The position numbers and the translations under genes are program-made. A stretch of DNA of 64,000 bases from Candidatus Obscuribacteraceae bacterium. GTDB lineage: Bacteria > Cyanobacteriota > Vampirovibrionia > Obscuribacterales > Obscuribacteraceae. Location: the NCBI GenBank assembly GCA_044229845.1, contig JBGASG010000008.1, forward strand, positions 1-64,000, written 5' to 3'. The notes beneath the pieces are model-generated. The model made no database searches. It saw nothing but the letters and a program-made list of their open reading frames with translations, and was not told the origin of the DNA. Positions 29,458-40,369 of this stretch are shown piece by piece (within the stretch, counting starts at the first letter, position 1; each line of letters begins with the position of its first letter).

Positions 29458-31557
29458 ATGAAAAAGGTGGTCTCCAGATTTTGCCCGACCTGCAGTCGGG
29501 AATTTGGACCGGACGAGCAGGTTTCAACCTGTCCGGTCGATCACTCGCTGCTGCACGTTGTGACCAGCGACCCGATGGACAAAGAGCTGATCAACGAACG
29601 TTATCAGATGATCGGGGTGATTGGAGAAGGTGGCTGGAGCACGGTTTACAAGGCCAAGGACATAAAGCTGAACCGGCTGGTGGCCGTCAAGCTATTACAC
29701 CGGCACCTGGTATCAAGCGCGGAAAAGGTCAAGCGCTTCCAGCAAGAAGCCGAGTCGGCCGCCCAACTGACTCATAACAATGTGGTCGTCACCTATGACT
29801 TTGGTGTCCTCACAGACGGTCAGCCCTACATCGTCATGGAGTTCTTGTCGGGGCGCAGTCTCAATACATTGCTCATGGAAGAGGGTCGCATTCCCTATAA
29901 ACGATTGATTGACTTGATGCTGCCGGTTTGCGAGGGCATGCACACGGCACACGAAAAGGGGTTGGTGCACCGCGACCTGAAGCCGGCCAACATCTTCGTC
30001 ACCCGCGACAAAGACGGCGAAGAAGTGGTGAAGGTTGTCGATTTCGGTCTGGCTAAGGTCGTGGAGACGGGGCAAGGGCTTGCCGCCGCCAGTTTGACCG
30101 AGACCGGAGCCACCCTCGGCACGCCCGCTTACATGAGTCCCGAGCAGTGCATGGGCAGAACGCTCGACCGGCGCTCCGACATTTACGCCATCGGTTGCAT
30201 CATGTATGAAGCGCTTTTGGGCGAGAAGCCTTTTGCGGGCGAAACGCCGTTTGACTGCATGCTCAAGCACCTCAACGAGCCGCCTCTCGCGTTCGCCAGC
30301 CAGCACAGCCCGATTTCTGTGCCACCATCTTTGGAGCGGGCAGTGTTTAGATGCCTGGCTAAGGATCCGGCACACCGCTTTCAAAGCGCTAAAGAATTAT
30401 CCACCGAGCTGCGTCGCGCCGCTGTGGAGGCGTGCGCCACGCCCATGGGGCAAAGTGCCATTGCTCGCATCATCGCACCCAAAAGACAACTCTCGCCTCT
30501 GATTGCCGCCTCTGTCGCACTGGCGCTGGCAGCCGGCTTGGGAGTTTATGCCATCTGTCACAAAACAGCCGAACAGGAAAAGGCAGAGAAGAAACAAGCG
30601 CAAGTCGAGAAACAGGAATCATCCCTCAACTCAATCAATTCCATGCTCGATGAATCATCCCTTTCGATCATCGATTCCAAAAGAATTACCGATGAGATTT
30701 TGCAGGAGCGGTTGAAGTCCTACTCAGGCTATCAGGAATTGGACCTTTCTGATTCTCGAGTCAGCGACAAGGGCATCGCCATGCTCGTCGGACTGCCGCG
30801 ATTGAAGACGCTTGTGTTGCGCCGCTGTTATAAGGTGACCGATGCAGCAATGGACTCCCTGTCCAAAATCCCGACTCTGGCTGAGATCGATATCAGAGAC
30901 ACCAAAATCACCAGTGCCGGAGTCGCCAAACTCGCTGACCTGCCCGAGTTGGAAAGCCTCTGGATATCAGGCAAAGAGCTGGGCGACGACTGCTGCGCAA
31001 CAGTCGCAAAAATGAAGCACCTTGTGCTTTTGCAAGCCGATCACACCAATTTCGGTGACAACGGCATTCAAAAACTTTTGCCTCTGGCCAAAGACCTCAA
31101 ACAGCTGCGACTGGAACACACGCGCGTTGGCGATACCGGTTTGAAAACCCTGGGTGCCTTCAAGCAACTGGTTCGTTTGAATCTCTCGGGCACCAAAGTC
31201 ACAGACGCCGGCATCCCCTATTTAAGCGGGCTTTCGGCGATGCGCCAGTTCACACTGCAGGGCACCAAAGTCACTGACAAGAGTCTTCCAGTGATAGCCA
31301 AAATGACGGCGCTGGAAGAATTGAATGTCGCAGAATGCGCTATTACCGATGGCGGAGCCAAGATCATCGGCCAGATGAAGACGCTCTTGATCTTAAGCCT
31401 CGCCAAAACCGCGGTCACCGATGAGGGGCTGCGCTCTTTATACGGACTGAATCACTTGTTGAAACTCAACCTGCGCGACACGGCAACTTCCGAAGCGGCA
31501 ATCACCAGCTTGGAAGAGAAACTGCTTGATTGCAAAGTCGACTCGATTCCACACTGA
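29458..31557 (+). CDS. Ser/Thr kinase with TM and C-terminal leucine-rich repeats
   Basis: CPTC/CPVD N-terminus, GEGGWS, HRDLKPAN, DFG, GTPAYMSPE, LxxLxLxxTxVTDxG repeats. Confidence 0.95.
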   Translation: MKKVVSRFCPTCSREFGPDEQVSTCPVDHSLLHVVTSDPMDKELINERYQMIGVIGEGGWSTVYKAKDIKLNRLVAVKLLHRHLVSSAEKVKRFQQEAESAAQLTHNNVVVTYDFGVLTDGQPYIVMEFLSGRSLNTLLMEEGRIPYKRLIDLMLPVCEGMHTAHEKGLVHRDLKPANIFVTRDKDGEEVVKVVDFGLAKVVETGQGLAAASLTETGATLGTPAYMSPEQCMGRTLDRRSDIYAIGCIMYEALLGEKPFAGETPFDCMLKHLNEPPLAFASQHSPISVPPSLERAVFRCLAKDPAHRFQSAKELSTELRRAAVEACATPMGQSAIARIIAPKRQLSPLIAASVALALAAGLGVYAICHKTAEQEKAEKKQAQVEKQESSLNSINSMLDESSLSIIDSKRITDEILQERLKSYSGYQELDLSDSRVSDKGIAMLVGLPRLKTLVLRRCYKVTDAAMDSLSKIPTLAEIDIRDTKITSAGVAKLADLPELESLWISGKELGDDCCATVAKMKHLVLLQADHTNFGDNGIQKLLPLAKDLKQLRLEHTRVGDTGLKTLGAFKQLVRLNLSGTKVTDAGIPYLSGLSAMRQFTLQGTKVTDKSLPVIAKMTALEELNVAECAITDGGAKIIGQMKTLLILSLAKTAVTDEGLRSLYGLNHLLKLNLRDTATSEAAITSLEEKLLDCKVDSIPH

Positions 31558-31739
31558 GTGGCTGAGATAAAATCTTCGTTGCTGTCTCGATTAATCTGTT
31601 CGAAAAGCAGTCCAGGTGACAATTGTGACTCAGCGGCGACAATATTTTGAGCAGAGTGACTATTGCATCGGATTTCGAGATAGGCGATACTCCCCGCCCA
31701 GTCGACCCCCAGCGCGCAACTTCCGATCCTGAGGTGAGC

Positions 31740-34700
31740 ATGGCACACCAGAACGCGGCATTCATCAGCCTGGCAATCACCCGCACCGCACATGTGCTGC
31801 TGCTTGTCATGTTCACGTTGGGGCAGTCTGTTTTGCCTGTACTGGCTAGCGAGCCTGCTCAGAAATTAGACGCATCGCAAATGCCGAGCTACGGAGCAGC
31901 CAAGCCGCCCAATCCGATCGGGGCGGTAAGCGCGCAGGAGCGTTCGGCCATGGTGACCGCGCAATCGTCTCAATTCACTCTGCCTGTAGAGGCAGACGAT
32001 GTGCAGTTACGGGCGGTGCGACTATTCGAGGAGCCGCTTGTGCCGATGGGTGGATCGCCAGCTGCAGGCGAAAACTCCGCGCTGGCAAAAGCGCTGACGT
32101 TGTATGCCAGCTCGTCCGACAAAGAAGACATATCGTCTCTTCAGGCATTCTTGAAGCAATATCCTCACTCGCGCTGGAGCGCTTCTGTGGCACTGAATGC
32201 CGGCTTGTTGCGCCGCGAGCAAGGCTACTTTACTGAGGCGATCGATCTACTTAAGTTGTCCTGGGACGATTCAAAGAACGCGACCTTGAAAGAGCAGCAG
32301 CTTGTCGCCCAGCGGGCAGTTTCGGAGCTACTCTTTGTTGAAGCTACTTTTGGCCGACTGAGTGAAATGAAATCAGGGTTGGCCGACATGGGCGATCGGC
32401 AGATATTGGGCAGTGCTCGCGAGCGGGTAGATGCGGTACTAGATGCGGTGCACATTATGGAGAAAGCACCGCAAGACGCATTTCTTTGCGGACCGCAAGC
32501 GGTCGCAACATTGATTAGGCTTTCCACGGGCAGACCGGCCGATAATGACTCGCCGGTTCGCCAGGCTAAATCCACGCGCGAAGGCACAAATCTTTTGTAC
32601 GTGAAGCAACTGGCGGACAGATCGGGACTGAAGCTGCAAGTTGCCAGACGCACCACCCATAGTGCAGAACTGCTGGTTCCTTGTGTCGCCCATTTCCGGC
32701 TCGGGCATTTCAGTGTGCTCAGTAAGACAGCGAACGGTAAATACTTTCTCGAAGACCCGACCCTTGACCGCGTCGGCGATATCTGGATCAGCCGTAAGGC
32801 AATCAATGCCGAGACCGACGGCTATTTTCTGGTGCGAGCTGGTAGCCTTCCAGACGGCTGGGAAGCGGTCTCAGATAGCGAAGCGGAGAAAGTCTACGGG
32901 CGAGGCGGTGCCGAAACCCGCAACGAAGACAAAAGCCACGCGATGCCGATGATCAAATTATCGGCGGGAGGAGTCCCCGCAAAATCACTGAGGATAACCA
33001 GGACACCCAGCAATACCCCGTCACCTAAACCCGACCCCAATCCGGCCGACAACTCGAATGACGATTCGTGCGATTCTTCATCATGGGCCCATAATTTCGA
33101 GGCACAAGACTTTAACGGAAATTGGACGGACAGACCACCGATGGCTGTGCCGTCCGCCTTCCAGATGCAGGCCGAGTTGAATGTGAGCGATACGCCTCTG
33201 TCGTACCGCCTGCCGGTTGGGCTGGCCATGAACTTCTCGGTCAACTACACCCAAAATGAGGTAGATCAGCCCTCTTCATGGACGTTTTCCAACCTCGGAC
33301 CAAACTGGAGCACCAACTTTGTTGCTTGGGTGAAGATAGACGCTTCCAGCAACGCTGTCGCACATCTGCGCAATGGCGGTGTAGAGCGATATCCGTATAG
33401 CGGTAATCCAAGTGTGCCATACTCTCAAAACCTGTACTCGCAGGCGACTCTGGACAATCCCAGTGCGGGAGTGTACCGTCGGCTCCTGCCCGATGGATCG
33501 ATAGAAGTGTTCAGCGTCAGCGATGGCAGCGGCAACTATCTTTTGTCGAGTGTGATCAGCTCGACCGGTCAAGCCACCACTTTGCAGTACGATGTTAACC
33601 ATCGCATCCAGAGCGTGATCGATACCAATGGTAATACCAGCACATTTACACATGTCTCGAACACGCCCGGCAATTCCGGGTTTTATCTGATCTCAGGAAT
33701 AAGCGATCCTTTCGGGCGCTCATGCGCTTTCAGCTATGATGCTACCAATACGTTTTTGCTCAGCATCCAGGATCAGGTGGGTATAGTTTCAACCTTCGCC
33801 TACAACACGGGAACGGGCTTCATCACGTCGATGGTGACGCCTTACGGGACCCACAGTTTCGAAACTTACACCATAACGGCAGGCTACAACTTCCCGGGGC
33901 GCGGGCTGAAAGTGACTTATCCAGATGGCACCATGGCTGTTCTGGAAAACACTCTGGACTTGGAGATCCAGACACGCTACTGGGATCGCGAAGCGATGAG
34001 CCGGTACCCAAACGATCCTACAAACCGCATATTTTCTCACTGCCGGTCGACCCGCTTTTTCAACGAAGGAGTGACGACGAATGAATCAGCCGTAATTAAC
34101 TACACGAAAAACCCGCTTGAATCCCAGGTCTTCATGAACTACCCGGGCAGCTCCTGGCCCAATTTCTTCGGCACGCTCAATCATCCCACCGACACGACGC
34201 AAAGCAACAAGCAAAACCTCAGGCACAGGTTCAGCATCTCAGGCACCATTACTCCCGGCGACATCCTGTACATCAAGGTGATTAGCAATGTGCTGCCGGG
34301 GGGGCAGGAAATAATACCATATACGGTGGCAAGCGGCGATACCGCAGCCAGCATTCTCCAGCAGTTTGCTACGCTCCTCAACAACGATGTCGAGCTCAAC
34401 AAGCGCGGTTATTATGCCCAAATGTTCGGCAATTATCTGATTGCCTTTAGCGGCGACACCTATCCCACCGTGGCCCAGTCCTATACTTCGGTCGGAGCAA
34501 CCGAAACATTCGATTATAAGTTCGACGGCAATCTGTACAGCGATAACGTCAATGTGGTGCTGGGCGGCACGGTGACGCCGGGCGAGACCATTAGCCTATT
34601 TCCGGCTTACACCGATAACCACTACCCGGTGCTCCAGTACGTGGCCCAGGCGGGCGACACGCTAGAGTCAATCGCCAAAAAACTCGCTTACGACATAACG

Positions 34701-37700
34701 ACCAACACCTTCTCCCAGCAATACAAGTGGTCGGCCGTTCCCAGAGACAAGAAAATCTGGGTGCACTGCGGCTGGGGCGGCGGCACCATATATGGTAACT
34801 CGACCGGGACAATTACGGTCACCACTCAGAGTGTCACCGACCAAACCCAGAATTTATACGAATGGAATCCTCTCGGCTACGCGACGAAGTTGACTGATCC
34901 GGTGGGGAGGGTCATCTCCAAAACCTACGCCAGCAATAACATTGACTTGCAAGAAGTGCGCGAGACCAGAGACGGCAACAACTTCCTGCTTGGCAAGTGG
35001 ACCTACAACAGCCAGCATCTGCCGCTGACGTATCTCGATTCGTCTGGGCGCCAGACAAGCTATACTTACAACGTGTTCGGTCAGCTGACATCGGTCACTG
35101 ACCCCCTTTCGCATCTCTCGACCTACCAGTACACATCTAATGCCACCGCTACCGTAGGCGGCACCATCTCCGCCGGCGACCAGGTGAATTTGACTGTCAC
35201 CGATCCGGCGCTGTCAGGCGGCAGCCGCACGGTCTCGTACACGGCCAGCGCCGGGCAAACCCCAGCGCAGGTGGCGGCCGGGCTGACCACCAACATTAAT
35301 GCCGACACTCAACTGCAAGCGCTCGGCTGCACAGGCACCGCCAGCGGTGCCGTCATCACCCTCAAGTGCACCTCCGTCAATGCCACCACCTATAGTCGCA
35401 CCGTCACAGGCGGTGTCACCCTCACCTTGTCCGCCGTCGCCTACGGCTTCTTGACCAAGGTCACAGGTCCCCTGCAGCAAGCGGATGTCACCACCTTTTC
35501 GTGGAACCCCAACGGCACCCTCGCCTCATCGACCAACTCGCGCGGCTACACGCTCGCCTTCCAATATGACGCGCTGGACAGGCTCACGAAAACCACCTAC
35601 CCGGATGGCACCACCGAGGAGACAGGCTACCAAGACCTCGACCCCATCTTCTTCACGGACAGGCTCGGGCGGGTAACCCAGCAGTCTTTCGATAACATGC
35701 AGCAGCTGGCCTTTTCTATCGACCCCCTGGGCAGAAAGACCCAGTACACCTGGTGCTCCTGCGGTGCACTGAAAGTCCTCACCGACCCAGCCGGGCATGC
35801 CACCACCTGGAATTTCGACCTGCAAGGACGCATCGCCGAAAAAGTCTACGCCGACGGCACCAAGACCAGTTACCTCTGGGAGCCCAATCGCAGCGTCGTC
35901 GACGTGAAGCGTGACGCGCTCGCACAAGAGACCCAGTACTACCGCGACTGGGACGGCACGCTCGCCTCGATTCAATATGCCAACGCAGTGAATGCAACCT
36001 CCGCTGTCGTCAATGTCTACGACACGCACTACATGCGAATGGTGCGCGCGCAAAACGGCTGGGGCCAGTACGACTACACTTACAACAACTGCATAACCGA
36101 CCCGCTCGCTCCGCCGATCACAGGCGGCGGCCGCCTCTCCGGCATCACCAATTCGGTCATCCCGAACTCGGCGATAACTTTCCAATACGATGCTGAGGGG
36201 CGCACCACCAACCGCTCCATTAACGGCGCCGCCAACTCAATCACCTGGACATATGACGCCATGAATCGCGTCACCCAGGAGTCAAACGCGCTGGGCGCCT
36301 TCAACTTCACGTACATGAACGACGTCTCGCCGAACAGCAAAGGTGACACCAGGCTGTCCAACATTGCCTACCCCAATGGGCAAAATACAAAGTTCAGCTG
36401 GTTCGACACAAACAGAGATGAGCGCTTGCGCCAGATCTCCAACCAGACATCCACCTCGCAGGTGCTCTCCCAGTTCGACTATTCTTTCGACCCGGCTGGT
36501 CAGATCACCCGCTGGCTGCAGCAGCAAAAGACAAGTCACCAGGGACTGGCGCTCGACTACGATGACGCCGGCCAGCTCACAGGCGCGGTCGGCTCGCAAG
36601 GAGCCGGAACCCTGGCGCCTCCGCACGGCAATCAGAACTATTACGCGTACGACCCAGCGGCCAACCGCACCGCCGCTCAAGTGAGCCAGGTGCAAAAGAT
36701 TGCCTTGAGCGGCACCAAGACCACGGGCGACATAATCACTTTGACGGTCAGCGACAGCGGCTTGACTGGCGGCTCCCAGGCGGTCACCTACACCACCGTA
36801 GCCGCCGACACCCTGACCACCATCGCTACCAAATTGGCGGCAACAATCACCGCCAACAGCAACTTGAAAAACCTGGGCATTGACGCCGTCTCCTCCGGCA
36901 CCACCATTACCCTGCGCTCCAAGTCGCCCAATTTGACGACCTACACCGCAAGCGTCAGCGGACCAGCCACTGAGAAACTGACTTTCGGCATTAACAACGC
37001 CGTGCAGAACATAACCGTAGGCGGCACCGCGCACACGGGCGACGTTCTTCAGGTGATCGTGCGCGACCCGGCGCTCACCGGCGGGCAGACCACCGTCTCG
37101 TACACTGTCCCCGCTTCCCCAACGCTCAACAGCATCGCCTCCGGGCTCGCGGCGGCAATTAACGCCGGCACCGGTCTATCGGCTCTGGCTGTCACCGCCG
37201 CCGCGAACAACACCGTCATTACCGTCACTTCCACTTCGCAGAACGTCACCAGCTACAGTGGCTCTGTCTCCGGCGCTGGCGCCACCGTCACCTTGTCCCT
37301 CGGGCAAGCTATTAATGGCTCGCTGACCGCACTTGTGACCGGCACCAAGACAACAGGCGACATCGTCTCCGTCACCATATTTGATGCCGGCTTGTCCGGC
37401 GGGTCGAAAACGGTTAACTACACCGTTCTGGCCGCAGACACGCTCACGACCATTACGACTGGTCTGACGACCGCAATCAATAACGACACGGCGCTGCAAG
37501 TGATTGGCGTGCGCGCCAGCTCATCCGGGACGAAACTGACACTCACGTCGGTCTCCACCAATGCCACCACTTACCTGCCGTCGACTAAAAACTCCGCCGG
37601 CACCGCGCTCGGCACCGAGAAATTCCTCTGGGGGCTGCCAGCCAACGGCACCACCACCGCGCAAATCTCCGGAACCGTGGCATCTGCTGATGTATTCACG

Positions 37701-39062
37701 TTGACCGTTTTCGATGCCGGCTTGACCGGCGGCTCGGTGGCGAAGACCGTCACCGCCAAGACAACGCCGAATGCTGTTGCCACCGGACTCGCCACGGCAA
37801 TTAATGGCGATGCGAACCTCACAGCCATTGGCGTCACCGCCGTCGCATCTACGCCGACCACGTCTGTCTCGGTGACTAACATAACCTCCACGTCGAACAA
37901 TGCCACCACCTATACTTTTAGCCGCACCGGCTCATCCACAATTGCGCTCAGCAAGAGCGTCGGAGTGTCCCAGGCGAGCTTCAACAACATCAACGAGCTG
38001 ACTGGCATCTCCGCCGGCGGCCCAACGCGCTTCCAGGGCACCACTGACAGACCAGTTTTAACGACCATGACTGTCGCAGGCGGCGCCGTCAACATGCGCA
38101 CATCGCAGAATTTCCAGGCGACGCCGCCTTTGACCTCCGGGTCAAACAGCGTCGCCGTCAGCGCCACCGCCGGTGGCGGCAGCGGCACGACCACGAACAA
38201 TTACAAACTCGAGGTAACCGGCTCTGGCAGCCAGACCCTGACCTACGACGCCAACGGAAATATGACCAGCGACGGCACCAACTCGTACGTCTGGGATTGC
38301 GAAAATCGCCTGATTCAGATCACTTATCCCGGGATCAATAATAAATCGGAATTCACGTACGATCCAATTGGAAGAAATGTTGCCATCGTCGAGACTACTG
38401 GAGGCAGCCCGGCGACACAACAGTTCGTGTGGTTCGCTAGCCAGCGATGTGAGGAACGCGATGGGAGCGGCAATCTAACAAAGCGGTTTTTTGATGATAA
38501 GGGACAGATGAACGGAAGCACTAAGTACTTCTACGCGACAGACCATCTGGGCTCAATTCGAGAAATGACAGACAATTCCGGAGCGGTTCAGTCCCGGTAC
38601 GCTGATGATCCATATGGTCGAGCGACCAAGCTCTTAGCTTCGACTGACTCTGACTTTGGGTTTGCCGGGATGTTTGTACATGCTAGAAGCGGCAGCAATC
38701 TCACGCTCTATCGTCCATACAGCTCTGACCTTGGGAGATGGCTTACAAAAGACCCTCTTGGTGGTGCAAACGCTTACGCATACTGCCTCAATTCGCCAGT
38801 AGCTTATGTTGATCCACTGGGGCTCAGGGCCTACACCGAATCAATCGGGTTGTGTCCACCCTGCTCGCCCCCATGCGACGGAACTCCCGTGCCTCTGCTG
38901 TGCAGATTCAGATTCTCAGAGGAATATGATCCGAGATCGAACAAGTTTTATTGGTCTTCCTCTGTCTATTTCGTCGCACCAGGCAGACGTCCGGGAAGTC
39001 CCAGTATTTATTCCTGGAATCCTAACGGCGACGGAACTTGTAGCTGGCTCGGACCCACCTAG
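31740..39062 (+). CDS. Giant RHS/YD-repeat protein with N-terminal C39-like peptidase, seven inserted ~95-aa repeats and short C-terminal tip
   Basis: ATG 31740 with GAGG RBS and signal-like segment; CGPQAV...HF...EDP C39 motif; YD repeats; RHS core DHLGSIR...GRWLTKDPLG...PVAYVDPLGL; 78-aa tip. Confidence 0.9.
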   Translation: MAHQNAAFISLAITRTAHVLLLVMFTLGQSVLPVLASEPAQKLDASQMPSYGAAKPPNPIGAVSAQERSAMVTAQSSQFTLPVEADDVQLRAVRLFEEPLVPMGGSPAAGENSALAKALTLYASSSDKEDISSLQAFLKQYPHSRWSASVALNAGLLRREQGYFTEAIDLLKLSWDDSKNATLKEQQLVAQRAVSELLFVEATFGRLSEMKSGLADMGDRQILGSARERVDAVLDAVHIMEKAPQDAFLCGPQAVATLIRLSTGRPADNDSPVRQAKSTREGTNLLYVKQLADRSGLKLQVARRTTHSAELLVPCVAHFRLGHFSVLSKTANGKYFLEDPTLDRVGDIWISRKAINAETDGYFLVRAGSLPDGWEAVSDSEAEKVYGRGGAETRNEDKSHAMPMIKLSAGGVPAKSLRITRTPSNTPSPKPDPNPADNSNDDSCDSSSWAHNFEAQDFNGNWTDRPPMAVPSAFQMQAELNVSDTPLSYRLPVGLAMNFSVNYTQNEVDQPSSWTFSNLGPNWSTNFVAWVKIDASSNAVAHLRNGGVERYPYSGNPSVPYSQNLYSQATLDNPSAGVYRRLLPDGSIEVFSVSDGSGNYLLSSVISSTGQATTLQYDVNHRIQSVIDTNGNTSTFTHVSNTPGNSGFYLISGISDPFGRSCAFSYDATNTFLLSIQDQVGIVSTFAYNTGTGFITSMVTPYGTHSFETYTITAGYNFPGRGLKVTYPDGTMAVLENTLDLEIQTRYWDREAMSRYPNDPTNRIFSHCRSTRFFNEGVTTNESAVINYTKNPLESQVFMNYPGSSWPNFFGTLNHPTDTTQSNKQNLRHRFSISGTITPGDILYIKVISNVLPGGQEIIPYTVASGDTAASILQQFATLLNNDVELNKRGYYAQMFGNYLIAFSGDTYPTVAQSYTSVGATETFDYKFDGNLYSDNVNVVLGGTVTPGETISLFPAYTDNHYPVLQYVAQAGDTLESIAKKLAYDITTNTFSQQYKWSAVPRDKKIWVHCGWGGGTIYGNSTGTITVTTQSVTDQTQNLYEWNPLGYATKLTDPVGRVISKTYASNNIDLQEVRETRDGNNFLLGKWTYNSQHLPLTYLDSSGRQTSYTYNVFGQLTSVTDPLSHLSTYQYTSNATATVGGTISAGDQVNLTVTDPALSGGSRTVSYTASAGQTPAQVAAGLTTNINADTQLQALGCTGTASGAVITLKCTSVNATTYSRTVTGGVTLTLSAVAYGFLTKVTGPLQQADVTTFSWNPNGTLASSTNSRGYTLAFQYDALDRLTKTTYPDGTTEETGYQDLDPIFFTDRLGRVTQQSFDNMQQLAFSIDPLGRKTQYTWCSCGALKVLTDPAGHATTWNFDLQGRIAEKVYADGTKTSYLWEPNRSVVDVKRDALAQETQYYRDWDGTLASIQYANAVNATSAVVNVYDTHYMRMVRAQNGWGQYDYTYNNCITDPLAPPITGGGRLSGITNSVIPNSAITFQYDAEGRTTNRSINGAANSITWTYDAMNRVTQESNALGAFNFTYMNDVSPNSKGDTRLSNIAYPNGQNTKFSWFDTNRDERLRQISNQTSTSQVLSQFDYSFDPAGQITRWLQQQKTSHQGLALDYDDAGQLTGAVGSQGAGTLAPPHGNQNYYAYDPAANRTAAQVSQVQKIALSGTKTTGDIITLTVSDSGLTGGSQAVTYTTVAADTLTTIATKLAATITANSNLKNLGIDAVSSGTTITLRSKSPNLTTYTASVSGPATEKLTFGINNAVQNITVGGTAHTGDVLQVIVRDPALTGGQTTVSYTVPASPTLNSIASGLAAAINAGTGLSALAVTAAANNTVITVTSTSQNVTSYSGSVSGAGATVTLSLGQAINGSLTALVTGTKTTGDIVSVTIFDAGLSGGSKTVNYTVLAADTLTTITTGLTTAINNDTALQVIGVRASSSGTKLTLTSVSTNATTYLPSTKNSAGTALGTEKFLWGLPANGTTTAQISGTVASADVFTLTVFDAGLTGGSVAKTVTAKTTPNAVATGLATAINGDANLTAIGVTAVASTPTTSVSVTNITSTSNNATTYTFSRTGSSTIALSKSVGVSQASFNNINELTGISAGGPTRFQGTTDRPVLTTMTVAGGAVNMRTSQNFQATPPLTSGSNSVAVSATAGGGSGTTTNNYKLEVTGSGSQTLTYDANGNMTSDGTNSYVWDCENRLIQITYPGINNKSEFTYDPIGRNVAIVETTGGSPATQQFVWFASQRCEERDGSGNLTKRFFDDKGQMNGSTKYFYATDHLGSIREMTDNSGAVQSRYADDPYGRATKLLASTDSDFGFAGMFVHARSGSNLTLYRPYSSDLGRWLTKDPLGGANAYAYCLNSPVAYVDPLGLRAYTESIGLCPPCSPPCDGTPVPLLCRFRFSEEYDPRSNKFYWSSSVYFVAPGRRPGSPSIYSWNPNGDGTCSWLGPT
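38317..38332 (+). repeat. att-core-like direct repeat copy 1 (inside RHS gene)
   Basis: AGATCACTTATCCCGG identical at 43890 and 49728. Confidence 0.8.
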
Positions 39063-39091
39063 TCGCGGTCTCTCTAAAAGGACGCATCCGG

Positions 39092-39682
39092 CTAGTCAAC
39101 CTTCTTAACCGACTCCTTTGGGCTTGGAATTGTGATCGTCTGCGATGTGAAAACTTGGGAACTGGGAAGCACACTTCCCTCGGCTGTCCCCGGCATGGTA
39201 TCAACCGACGTGACTTGACTCGCCGCGGACGAGGGCTGGGCAGCGACCTGCTCGGCCCTTTTGCGGTAATGCCGCAGCAGAAGTATTGCTGCCGGAAGTG
39301 GGATGAACAGGTAAGTCGAAAGGACTATCGCCGCGCACCAAAAAGCCTTGGCGGATCTCGTTGACTTCGAACGGAAAATCCAGATAAGGTAAGCAGCCGC
39401 AACAACGATGTTCAGTAATTGCAGGGAAACTCTATAGTAACCAAACTCTGTCATTCCGGGCACAAATCGGTGTGGAAGCCCGTACAGAAGCGTCTCCAGC
39501 AGTAATAGCCATTGGGCTGCCGCGTCAAGCAGATAGAATTGAAGCCTATCGCAATCCAGGCGATCTGCAATTTGCAAAGCCAACACGGCTAGATGAAGCG
39601 GCAACAGCGTTAAGACGAGCAAGATAATCCGCGAAGGCAATCCATCCATCCGAGTCTTGTATGCAGTATTTAACAGCTTCAT
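39092..39682 (-). CDS. Membrane protein (about 4 TM), possible immunity or cargo gene
   Basis: 196 aa hydrophobic ORF convergent with the RHS tip. Confidence 0.55.
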   Translation of the reverse strand: MKLLNTAYKTRMDGLPSRIILLVLTLLPLHLAVLALQIADRLDCDRLQFYLLDAAAQWLLLLETLLYGLPHRFVPGMTEFGYYRVSLQLLNIVVAAAYLIWIFRSKSTRSAKAFWCAAIVLSTYLFIPLPAAILLLRHYRKRAEQVAAQPSSAASQVTSVDTMPGTAEGSVLPSSQVFTSQTITIPSPKESVKKVD

Positions 39683-39994
39683 TTCAGCGAAAGATAGCTA
39701 CCGACCTGGCTTCTTGAATCATGATACTCTACATTTCCGGGCATGCAAGCATTGAGGGGTTCTTCTGCTGGCTCGGGCAGGTGGGTACACCACTTTCATA
39801 CAGTTGCGGGCGCGCTGCAGCCAAGCTGTTGATTCACAAACGTGTCCATCACAATCGATCACTGTCGGAAGGAAGAGTCGCGCTAAAGGCGCCAGCATCG
39901 AATGGACCGAAGAACCTTTGCATCAGGCAAGCAATCAGTTATTATCTAATGCGGCTCGTTTATCTAGAACCCGAGGAGATAGAATAGCTCCGAG

Positions 39995-40087
39995 GCAGGA
40001 TAAAGCGATGATTTCATTTTGGCGGAAGCACCGCGGGCGGTGCGTTGCCACGGTTTCAGAGAGTACCCCACATAATGCCGGGTACCC
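39995..40087. repeat. Conserved non-coding module copy A (oriT-like)
   Basis: GCAGGATAA...GCACC-N6-GGTGC...ACGGT...AATGCCG with the same spacing as copies at 45265 and 45568. Confidence 0.65.
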
Positions 40088-40369
40088 GAGATAGGCTCCT
40101 GGTGACCGCTGAACGGCAGCCGCCCATCGCTGGTGCGTTTGCGGCACCCTTTACCCGGCTTTCTCTTCCTGTCACCGCATACGCCTCGCTAGCTACAGCA
40201 CTCCGACACTATATGTGGTGGCATTCCGGGAACCATCGGCCTTTTCCTGCGTCATCGGAAACTGATGAGTTTACTCGTCATCTCTCCTCGCCCTCATTTT
40301 GAGGAGCCCCTGCAAGCGAATTGCTTGCATCAATGTCCAAGCGCAAAGCGCGCGTGTTCAGAGGTATGA

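Noticed and set aside
31625..31642. GTGACTCAGCGGCGACA resembling the integrase arm repeat upstream of the RHS gene
   Set aside because: Only a partial match and no core nearby; plausibly chance
34230..37920. Prophage tail sheath gene
   Set aside because: Sheath-like repeats are in-frame inserts of the RHS ORF; no other phage genes
39721..40302. Short ORFs between the membrane gene and the RHH gene
   Set aside because: No recognisable motifs and not conserved in the homologous 45568-45913 region
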